From assembly GCA_048013815.1 (NCBI GenBank), contig CM106585.1, forward strand, positions 10,044,001 to 10,108,000: a stretch of 64,000 nt of DNA, read 5' to 3'. The notes under the pieces were generated by a model. That model ran no database searches. It was not told where the DNA came from and saw nothing but the letters and a program-made list of their open reading frames with translations. Origin of the DNA: Setoptus koraiensis (lineage: Eukaryota > Animalia > Arthropoda). A program made the position numbers and the translations under genes. This document shows positions 50,829 to 60,074 of this stretch, one piece after another; position 1 is the stretch's first letter; every line of letters starts with the position of its first letter.

Positions 50829-51866
50829 TTAAAACAATTCGAAGTTTTCTTTCGCTGGTAGTCTGTAATGGAACCAAAGATCTTTGCTGAAGTCATCCAA
50901 TTGTTCAGTTATTTCATGGCTCTTTGGTTCTAGATCCTTGTATAGCTGGTCATCAAGAATTTCGAAAGCCAAGCTTTCAGGTACTTTCTGAGTTGGATAA
51001 TAATTTAGTATTTCTAAACCTTGACAATATTGGACAGCTCTGAGCCAGCGACCGACTCTAGGGCTACTAATCAATTTGTTGTCAGTAACATTGTCATCAT
51101 CTCCGGCTCTGAAACCATGGAAAGCAAATTTCGCAATGGGATAGATTGAGGCTCGCGCATAACTATCAATCAATTTGCAGGATCGCTTAACACTCAAAAA
51201 TTGTTCGGCCATTTCCTGGCTATCCACACGGAGGAAGTGATGTCTATGCTCTTGTCTGGACAAGAGAGTGCTCGCCGCAACGATGTTCTCTGGTAGATCA
51301 ACCTTTAACGAAGGCACGTTCTCTTCGATTAATTTACGGGCACTTTGATCCTTTTCCACAGCATCCAAGCTTCGTTCAACAGCCTCGTCTGATTGCTCTG
51401 CTTGCTTTAATTTTGTTTCAAGGTTTCTCTTGCAGGTTAGAATAACATTACCAATAACTCTTACAGAAAATTTTAATAATCCATGAGGTTTATCGGAGTT
51501 CAGAGATCGAGATGGCTTGTATTTCAACAATTCATCGACGAAATTTTGTTCGCACACAGAATGTATTGTTGGTATTTTTTGGACTATTTCATACAGAGCT
51601 CTCACATCTCCTGCGCCATCAATACTGTTCAAACAGTTGTTGATAAGCTCGATAGTACTCGGGCTATCTATTTCTGGTGTCTGTTCTATGTCCTTTGCAA
51701 TTTCTATGAACTTCCACACTGAGTCAAGAGATTCTACTCCTTTTTTGCAAAGTGACTCCGACGATGTCCATAGTATTCCCTCGCTATCCTCAGCTGAACT
51801 GCCAGGCAGGAAGCAACCAACTAAGCTGACGATGAGTAAAAAGAATAGCACTTGTCGTACTGACAT
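50829..51866 (-). CDS. Secreted protein of unrecognised six-cysteine family, paralogue A (345 aa, single exon)
   Basis: Hydrophobic N-terminus MSVRQVLFFLLIVSLVGCFLPGSSA; colinear homology (about half of residues identical by eye) with 52592..53656; TATA box at 51972-51979 (-). Confidence 0.88.
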   Translation of the reverse strand: MSVRQVLFFLLIVSLVGCFLPGSSAEDSEGILWTSSESLCKKGVESLDSVWKFIEIAKDIEQTPEIDSPSTIELINNCLNSIDGAGDVRALYEIVQKIPTIHSVCEQNFVDELLKYKPSRSLNSDKPHGLLKFSVRVIGNVILTCKRNLETKLKQAEQSDEAVERSLDAVEKDQSARKLIEENVPSLKVDLPENIVAASTLLSRQEHRHHFLRVDSQEMAEQFLSVKRSCKLIDSYARASIYPIAKFAFHGFRAGDDDNVTDNKLISSPRVGRWLRAVQYCQGLEILNYYPTQKVPESLAFEILDDQLYKDLEPKSHEITEQLDDFSKDLWFHYRLPAKENFELF

Positions 51867-51970
51867 CTTAATCTGAATTTGTCTTTAGATACTGTCTGAG
51901 ACTGTCGATTATTCAATGGAATGAGTCTTAGTATTCACCGATTGTCATCGGACTACCGGTGATCTCAACC

Positions 51971-51992
51971 CTATTTATACGATAAAAATGTT
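51971..51992 (-). promoter_or_regulatory. AACATTTTT + TATAAATAG promoter motif of paralogue A
   Basis: Minus strand reads gaacatttttatcgtataaatagggttgag, homologous to the motif upstream of the other two paralogues. Confidence 0.6.
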
Positions 51993-52443
51993 CACCTAAA
52001 CATTCCATGCAAAAAATTTTATTTTTAGATTGCGATATTATCATTCGATAAACACGAGTAGCATGAGTGTCAACATTCTGAATATTTTGGAAAGTATTCT
52101 TCCCCAAAATAACTATTCTGGCTGAAACAACGATTGAAAGTGTCTCTTGAGTTTCTATCACCAGTTAACCAATGTGAAACTGAAAATTCCTTCCGCTGTG
52201 CTCCGAAGCAAGCGAAATTGGCCTCATCGGTTTTTATTTCAGATTTGAAAGAGACTCGCGTTGAATATTGGCCAGCAATCGCCCAGCTTTCCAAAGTTCC
52301 ATGATTTCATGTGCCGCTTGTGATAGAGACAAGAGATTTTTTCAACATCATTTTTTTTATATTTGAAATTTTTCCACTCATGCCACTCATGTTCATCGAA
52401 TGACAATGTCACAATCCAAAAACAGAATTTTTCTACATGGGGT

Positions 52444-52469
52444 AAACATTTTTCACCTTGTATAAATAG
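52444..52469 (+). promoter_or_regulatory. AAACATTTTT + TATAAATAG promoter motif of paralogue B
   Basis: aaacatttttcaccttgtataaatag, about 130 nt before ATG 52592. Confidence 0.6.
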
Positions 52470-52591
52470 GGGTGAGGCTTACAGTAGTAATATTCCGAAG
52501 TTTGTGCCCGAATGAATACGATATGTAAGACTTATTCGATCGAATAAACTAAGTCTTCAACAATTCCTGGATTCGAATTAAAGAGATTAAA

Positions 52592-53656
52592 ATGTCGGCA
52601 CAACAAGTGTTATCGTTTTTGCTGGTCACCGGCGTCGTCAGTTTTTTCCTGCCTGGCAGTTTTGCTGGGAATGGCGAGGGAAAACTATGGACATCATCAA
52701 AGTCACTTTGCAAAGAAAAAGTGAAATCTCTCGACTCAGTGTCCAAGTTCATAGAATTCGCAAACGAATTGGACCAGACACCGGAAATAGATAGCGAAAC
52801 TACAAGCAAAATAATCAACGACTGTTTGAACAGTTACAATGGCGCGGAAGATGTGAGAGCCGTTAAAGAAATGGTTCAGACACTGCCAACATTTCATTCT
52901 GTGTGTGAGGAAAAATCCATCGAGAAAATCGTGGCAGTTCAATATCATCTGACCAGCTACTATAGTCGACCCAGAAAAACAACGAAAGACCATGGATTGC
53001 AAGCGTTCATTTCAAAGATATTCGGTCAGGTTATTTTAAGCTGCAAAAGAAATCTCGAAACAAAACTAGAGCAGGCAGAACAATCAGACGAAGCTTTAAA
53101 ACGTGGCTTGGATGTTGTGGAAAATGATGAGAGCATTCGCAAAGTGTTCGACGGATGTCTAGATCCTTCGGAAGTTGATTTACCAGAGGAACTCATCAGA
53201 AAGAACTCGTTGGTATTCAAATGCAGCAGCATTGTTATTGCGAATAATGAAGAACAGATTGAAAAGTTTTTGAATCTGAAGCGATCTTGCAACTTGATTG
53301 AGAGTTACGCGCGAAACTCAATCTATCCCATCAAATGGTTGGCTAGCAATGGTTTCACGGCCGGAGACAACAATCATGTTACAGACAACAAATTGAAGAG
53401 TAGCCAAGTGGTGAGACGCTGGCTCAAGACTGTCCAATATTGCCAAGGTGCTATATTGGCAGTACTTCCAAGAGATTTGTTCGAAAGCGCGGCGTTTGAC
53501 GAGCCAGAGCCAAAGATGTTCGAAATGGCTGAGCAATTCACTGACATCGACTTGGATTTTCAATGCAGATATCAGCCGCCAAATGACGAATCGCGCAGCC
53601 ATCACTCCGTGCTAAAAGCGTGGTTAAAGGACAAGCTGAAACATAAATCCTATTAA
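52592..53656 (+). CDS. Secreted protein of unrecognised six-cysteine family, paralogue B (354 aa, single exon)
   Basis: Signal-peptide-like MSAQQVLSFLLVTGVVSFFLPGSFA; shares WTSS.SLC, CLNS, HSVCE, CKRNLETKL, KRSC.LI.SYAR.SIYPI and RWL..VQYCQG with paralogue A; divergently transcribed from A. Confidence 0.88.
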   Translation: MSAQQVLSFLLVTGVVSFFLPGSFAGNGEGKLWTSSKSLCKEKVKSLDSVSKFIEFANELDQTPEIDSETTSKIINDCLNSYNGAEDVRAVKEMVQTLPTFHSVCEEKSIEKIVAVQYHLTSYYSRPRKTTKDHGLQAFISKIFGQVILSCKRNLETKLEQAEQSDEALKRGLDVVENDESIRKVFDGCLDPSEVDLPEELIRKNSLVFKCSSIVIANNEEQIEKFLNLKRSCNLIESYARNSIYPIKWLASNGFTAGDNNHVTDNKLKSSQVVRRWLKTVQYCQGAILAVLPRDLFESAAFDEPEPKMFEMAEQFTDIDLDFQCRYQPPNDESRSHHSVLKAWLKDKLKHKSY

Positions 53657-53744
53657 GCGAAGAATAGCATAATATGAGGTGTCATAAGATGAGACGTGAT
53701 TTGCACAACAATATAAGCCACTTTTTTTTCAGCAAAAAGTAAAA

Positions 53745-53862
53745 GTGTAGGACACCCGGAGTTCCCAGGTGGTCTCCCTCCCAAGTACTAACCGGGCCTG
53801 ACGTTGCTTAACTTCGCAGATCTGACGAGATGCGGTGTTTTCAACGTAGTATGGTCCTACAC
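53745..53862 (-). rRNA. 5S rRNA: 5S ribosomal RNA, copy 4
   Basis: Exact reverse complement of copy 1; convergent with copy 3 and with paralogue B. Confidence 0.97.
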
Positions 53863-54462
53863 GAATGAAGAGCAGTTTAAAACCAAATTTATTATTGATC
53901 AATGTTCATCAACTCTTTTCCAAAATAAAAAAGTTGCAATTCCCGCTTCGAAAGCAAGACCGTCCTTTGCAGAAATGTCATTCATTGTCAAACGACAGTT
54001 ATCTCATATCTTCTTCCTAAATATGGCCTAGTTACTTTACTTGACGTCTTTTCAATATGTCAAATCAACAGAGCCCTTATGGCCCAGCTACAGTAGATCA
54101 CGTTGTTACCTAGCTTATCTATCCGAACGCGGCAGGTCAACAGTCTGATCACTAATGAGGTATCTTAGGCAGATCAAAAAACGAGATTAGCACGATCATG
54201 CACTTGTATTGCTGATAGCAAAAGGGATGTCAAAATCCATATATCTTTATTTCTGGTTCTCGTTCTCAAAAGTGGGAAGAGTTTGCGAGAAAAACATCTC
54301 TGAAATATGGTTGATTTCCGTTTCCGGTTTGTCGTTTACGAAGGGGCTTCTTCGGTGTCTCTATTGCTCTATTTCTGAAAATGGAAGCCCCAAAATAAAA
54401 AGCATCACTCAAGTATGGGAAGACCCCTCACGTCAAGCTTTTTTTTTCAGCAAAAAGTAAAA
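53863..54462 (-). repeat. Complete 600-nt 5S intergenic spacer (tandem unit 718 nt)
   Basis: Lies between same-strand copies 4 and 5; its two halves recur separately beside copy 2 and copy 3. Confidence 0.85.
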
Positions 54463-54580
54463 GTGTAGGACACCCGGAGTTCCCAGGTGGTCTCCCTCCC
54501 AAGTACTAACCGGGCCTGACGTTGCTTAACTTCGCAGATCTGACGAGATGCGGTGTTTTCAACGTAGTATGGTCCTACAC
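54463..54580 (-). rRNA. 5S rRNA: 5S ribosomal RNA, copy 5
   Basis: Exact reverse complement of copy 1; upstream flank unrelated to the other copies. Confidence 0.95.
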
Positions 54581-55009
54581 ATAGACTATGGGATCAACGA
54601 TCGAATATATCACTAACGGGGTTTGTCGGGCAGTTATACTGTCGGATAATCACTTTTTAAGGCTACCACTCAATTCCGAAATTTATATATACAAATGTAT
54701 TTGTATTTATGATTTTCCAAACAATAGTCTGTCGGGCAAAGTGGTACTCGCACGGCAAAATGTATTAACTGGAAAATTGCGGATTGTTGGGCAAAAACCT
54801 CTCGATATTCTTGTTCACCTTGTTCATGTTTTGTCATCGCATGAGTAAGATCAGAGTATTTAGAGGGCGCAAGCGCAAGAAAAGTTTCAGCCAGAACACG
54901 GCCACTGGCATAAACATGATCGATATCACTATGTGTTGGTATCTAAAGGTAACAGTGAACAAAGTTTTATATTGAGTTTTAATAATTGATTTGTAAACAT
55001 AACAAATTA

Positions 55010-55641
55010 TCAGCTATATGACCAATGGAGCTGCCTCGTGCCAACAGGTATCGCAATTATGGACGGGTGAGCAGCGCCGGCCGTCGATATAGCTATGGTT
55101 GTGGGTATGTGATTGGAATGGGCTATGGCCAGATCGTCCTGTTCTTGGCCACCAATTGCTATGGCTGTCTGTACATTGGTAGCGGGATGTTGCGTCACCA
55201 CTTGGGTCAACCGACCACTTGGGTCTATGTGTCTGACAGTTGGCGCGGCCGGCACAAGTCGGGCCAACTGATTGTAGGGCCCGTAGCGGGTGGTGATAAT
55301 CATGGGATGTATTGCACTTGGGGCACCTATGCTGTCTGGCTGTGGTAAAGCTCGAAAAACGTAGCCGTCTATTGAGGCGGCCGCTCTCATCAGGTCGTGC
55401 TGATATTGTCTGACTCGTTGTTGTTGTTGCTGTTGATTGACGCCCCGCAAGTACTGGTTGTGCAGCTTCCTCATCATGGCCAACGGCAACGGATGCTGGC
55501 CCACCGAGGCCACAACCTTGCTCTGGCCGGCCGAGTTGTTGTAATTGGAATGCTGAGGCTGCTGCTGACCGACCGCAACTTGCTCGCCGTTCTTTTTCTC
55601 GTGGGTCTGCTGCTGTTGCTGCTGCCCTTGTTGCTGCTGTG

Positions 55642-55678
<37 letters not shown>

Positions 55679-56182
55679 CTGCTGTTGTTGTTGCTGCTGT
55701 TGCTGTTTTTGTTGTTGTTGTTGTTGCTGTTGTTGCGGTTGGTCGGCTGACTTGGTGACAATTCTGTGACTTTGAAGCTCGTTTCCGTTCAACAGGGTCA
55801 CTGTGTTGTGAGGCGCCGACAGCGGAAACGTTTGCGACGATTCCTCGTAGTAGGCCTCGGGTATTATTATGGGCTGCTCTGCGGGCAAAAAGGTCGGTTG
55901 AACAGGCATGGGCATGGGCAGCGGATATATGGGCCTGTGTACTGGGGGCGCAGGCGGCAACTGAGTGTAGACATTTTGCTTTTTCACAAACACTGGCAGC
56001 GGCAGCGGAATGGGCACCGCGTACATGGTCTTGTGTTTTTGTGGCTTCAACAGGAAGGTGGCAATCTTGCGCGCCCTCTTCAGGTCCTTCAATTTCACCA
56101 TTTTTCCCTCTGACGGACCCGAGCAGAGTGTCAACAAAATGACGCCCAGCGAGCCCGCAAACAATATCTGGTCCCACAACAT
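55010..56182 (-). CDS. Secreted Q/P-rich protein of unknown function (390 aa, single exon)
   Basis: ATG start and hydrophobic leader MLWDQILFAGSLGVILLTLCSGPSEG, then a basic segment (KMVKLKDLKRARK), AVPIPLPLPVF, a Pro-rich region and a poly-Q tract. Stop TAA at 55010-55012, with an ATTAAA ~30 nt downstream on the minus strand. Confidence 0.75.
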
Positions 56183-57001
56183 GCTGTTCGATGGCTATGA
56201 GTCGGTGGCGCTGTTAGCGGCTTTGGTTGGTTGGTAGGGGAGCTTTGGTTTGTTTCGCTGAATTGAATTTGTTTGAATTGGCCCTTTTATTGGGCCGTTT
56301 TATTTGGCTTGAATCGGCTGTTCGAATTGGCTGACTGAATCGAGTGCCGGACTGAATATTTTCGGGCAGTCTGGACGGTTCAAATGCGAAAAATGTTGGA
56401 GCGAGCCCGTCGGAGTTTGTATTGTTTCGGTGGAACGGCAACCTATGGGGCAAACATTGACACACTGGAATTGCGATGAGACTGTGATCACTGTGGCGAC
56501 TGTGCCGATTTGGACACTCTGACGAATCTGACGACGGCGATAAAAGTGGCGAAACTAGCTCGCTGCAACTAACTCTCGCATCGCTTTATTTTCTCCTCGT
56601 TTCTTAATTGATTTTTGTTTTAATTACAAATCTCCATTTTATTTGTGACGTTACCTCGGCTGCGGCTGCTGCTGCTGCTAGCGGGCGCAGGCGGAGCTTT
56701 GACACTAAAAGCGAGCGAGCTGCATATTGGCCGAATATCCACACAAATACACAAATAGCCGACGACGGGCGACTATGAGAGTCGTAAATAAAATCATCTG
56801 CGTGTCGCCGTAGGTATAACGGCCGCTGCCAGAGCTGTGGTGCAAGCAGCTCATCGGCTACTGCCGATACAAACTCACACAATGTTGAAAAGACGATGTG
56901 GGCCTGGCTCAACTCTTTGGCCGGCGACCACTTGCGTTAAATCTGCGACGATCTGCGTTGGATGTGCGACCATCTCGCTCGGCCGAGCTGGCCGGACCAA
57001 A

Positions 57002-57077
57002 GTGAGCTGGACAGTGCAGTGTGAGCTGGCCGGAGCAGTGTGAGCTGGACAGTGCAGTGTGAGCTGGCCGGAGCAGT
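57002..57077. repeat. 38-mer perfect tandem duplication (itself two related halves starting GTGAGCTGG)
   Basis: Direct reading. Confidence 0.9.
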
Positions 57078-59006
57078 GGCTGGACGGCGTCTAGACGAGT
57101 GAAAGTAGCTTGCGATATCTTCCTCCCGTTTCTATCTCGGTCGTCGCATCTAAAGGCCGTAAGTGTCGCTAGCCAGTGCCTGTGTCACCTGTTGATAGTA
57201 GGCGTCCACATGGCAAGTGTTTATTGCGGCTGGGCGAGTTAGCTTAAGTCGCTTGCGCGCTTTAGACGGCCGCTGGAGAGCCGATGAATTCAATTTCATC
57301 GGCGAGTTGATCTGATTAGCGACAACAAGCGCCCACAAGGCTGCATACACCACAAGGTGGCCTATGCTGCCAGTGTGTCCAGTGGACGAGAGTGGCTGTC
57401 GAGGCCAAACGGGCGAGCGGCGATTTTATTCAATTAGTGTAGTCTTGGCAACGGTGTGCACTCAGTTACTCGCTTACATGAACTCATAGTTACATAGTAA
57501 CGTTACGTTTAATTTGAGCCGCAATCGCTGCCGTTGGCGCGCTACACACTCGCTAGTACCGAGGCGACAGGCGACAGGTGAAAAAGAAGAAGGCGACAGA
57601 TAATCAGCGCTGATAAATCTTTTATTCTCGCAGCTCTTGTCAGTGCAAACTTTGTTTGTCGTCATTTAGGTGTGAGACGCACGCGAGTTTGCTGCCGGGC
57701 CAATGGGCCAACGGGCAACAAACCAGCCCGCTCACACTGAGCCGGCCGGGCCCGTCAGTGGGCTGGTTAGTGCGGCAGGCGCTCGCATCGCTCAAATCGG
57801 GATTGCTAATTCTGGTATCGCACTCACTAAACCAACTAACTAACTTGCGTTTGTTTGTCAGTGGCCACTGGCCACTGACCACTGGCCAGTGTTCAGTGTT
57901 CAGTGTGGCCGGCGATATCTGATCTGTGGCTGTTACGTAAAGCCATTATGGTTTTTTGTCGCTTTGCTGGCCGTTGTTGGCTTGTTGTGCGTTGTTGCCG
58001 TTAGGTTGTCGTTGTGCGTTGTTGCCGTTAGGTTGTCGTTGTGCGTTGTTGCCGTTAGGTTGTCGCCGCATCGGTTGCCACATCGGCTGATGTATTGGTT
58101 GAGCGGTTGCCGTTGGTTGCAACGTCTCGGTTGGCAGTGGCATTATAAAGTGGCATTATAAAGTGGCATTATAAGCAGCCAGTGGTCAGCTGACGCCGCT
58201 CCAATACTAATGGCAATCACATGCTTATGTAATGCGCCAACCTTATGTAATGCCGGCCAGCCAACACAAGCCGAGACAAGCCAATGTCTCACATCCTCCA
58301 ACTGGCTAACTGTAAGTGTAACGGCAATATTGGTCTTGTTGAGCCAACATAAACAGACGACAGACGCAATTTAAATCTGGAGCGGCCACCGGCGCCAGTT
58401 GCGCCGATTGTGACAGCTCGAGGCTCGTTGCTGGTCGCTGTGTTTTTCCGTCGTGTGTTCCGGTGTGTTCCATTACGCCAGTTGAGTGTTTATTATTTAT
58501 TATATAATCATAATTATAATTATAATATAATTGTTGTAGCATCATTAGTTAGTGTTGGCGGGTTGTTGCTGTTGCCCGTTTCAAGTATGAGCGAGGACAG
58601 GTAGTGGGCGCATGCTTTTGCTGCACTTGCTTTGGTGCACCCTTGCAACAAGGCAACGGCGACCAGACAACGGCGACCGGGCAACAGCGACAAGGCGACC
58701 AGGCCACAGCAGCAAGGCAACAGTGCACCAAATACAAGACGGTGATGCTCTGGCCATAATTACGTAACGTACATGCGCTGGGTGTTTGCGAGCGCACCGT
58801 TATGTACACATTTCAAGTATACGCCGTCAGCGCAGTAATGGTATGATAATGATGATAAAGTCGCAAAGTGAGCCCAACCAACGGCCTCGTCGCCCATGAT
58901 ATCTCGCACACTTTGCTCGCCATTCACTTTCCTCTTTTCACCTGAGCATTTAACATTCAGCATGCGCCGTTCTCAACAGTCGCGACATTCCCATCATTTT
59001 CAACAT

Positions 59007-59073
59007 TCTCGGCAGTCTCGGCAGTCTCGGCAGTCTCGGCAGTCTCGGCAGTCTCGGCAGTCGCGGCAGTCTC
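59007..59073. repeat. 9-mer tandem repeat GTCTCGGCA x~7
   Basis: Direct reading. Confidence 0.9.
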
Positions 59074-60074
59074 AACGTTTTGGCATGGTCAGCGAGACGG
59101 CGAGACGGCCAAGCTGCAGGTTGCGCCAGCAGCGCCAACTGCATCAACTCAGTCGCCGGGCCGAGGCGACTAGACGCCGTCGCCATGCCAACTCGATCTT
59201 GGCTACTTGTTGCTACTCCTGTCCAGCGCCCTGTCCAGCGCCCTGTCCAGCATGCAACAGGCACGCTGGCGATAATTAAAATAATACCCGGCAACCACAG
59301 CGAGAGACAACAGCGATGACGCAATGAGCCAAGCAACAAAAATCGATGCATAATCAAGCATGCACCCTTTTGGGCAACTTTCGCCCGCAAGCTGGCGCTG
59401 CGATATGACATTATTCAATTAAATGATGAACAAGTCGATACACATGTTATGTCATATCAACTTATACACACAAGGCACATGAGCCAGTCTAGTGGTCAGC
59501 TACTGACTGGCACTTTTTAACTTTTGCCCTCGCCACTGGACTGGCGATGCCGCTCGGCGGGCGAGGCCAAAGCGCAGGAGAGCAACATTTCGGCCACCAG
59601 ACTGGACAGTGTCCAGTGGACACCCGTTTTGAATGACTTTTTAATGTGTGCCAGGCGGCACGAAGTGACAAGCATGCGCTATCAATCGTTGAGACAGTTC
59701 ATTAACCAACCAATTAATTAGCACACTAATTAACTGGTGTCCATTGTTTATTTGTTTGTTTGTACAGGCACTGACTGGCAATAATGAGATCATGTTCGTG
59801 TCAATTACTGGCCACTGTGCGCCAGTGGCCCTTAAATAGACCAATTAGAGTAATTAGCACACGATCAATTCAATTTGGTAGGTAGTGTTACGAACATGTT
59901 AAGTAAAGTAGGTAGCGGTAATAAGTAGTAGTGGTAATTGATGGCTCGTCGCGGGGACTAGTTGGCAAACAGGAACAGCGGCGCGGTGGCGGCCGGCGGC
60001 GGCGGCCGGTCGGTCGGCGGTCGGACTAGCGGGCGGCGGTCGGACTAGGGGTCGGGCCGGTCGGGCCGGCCAAC

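Noticed and set aside
53863-54462. snRNA, SL RNA or tRNA hidden in the 5S spacer
   Set aside because: No recognisable U1/U2/U5/U6 or SL sequence, convincing Sm site in a structured context, or tRNA A/B boxes seen; an Infernal/Rfam scan would be needed to exclude it fully.
45641-54580. Composite DNA transposon with 5S genes as terminal inverted repeats, or PIF/Harbinger insertion (TAA/TTA duplication)
   Set aside because: No transposase, no target-site duplication outside the 5S pairs, and sequences next to the TTA/TAA (TCACCGATCG versus CGGGATGCAA) are not inverted repeats. Inversion or recombination explains the data better.
54840-54975. 44-aa basic ORF MSKIRVFRGRKRKKSF... with an NLS-like stretch
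   Set aside because: Short, no homologue in the window, no promoter evidence, and it overlaps the probable 3' end region of the convergent gene.
45361-54990. Horizontal transfer or contaminant origin of the island
   Set aside because: The chitinase has arthropod GH18+CBM14 architecture with spliceosomal introns, and the 5S is eukaryotic/metazoan-like. There is no positive evidence for foreign origin, though the composition differs.
55014-56177. 387-aa overlapping ORF in a second frame of the Q-rich gene
   Set aside because: Frame-shifted reading of CAA/CAG repeats (poly-T/A), no signal peptide; the other frame has the coherent leader.
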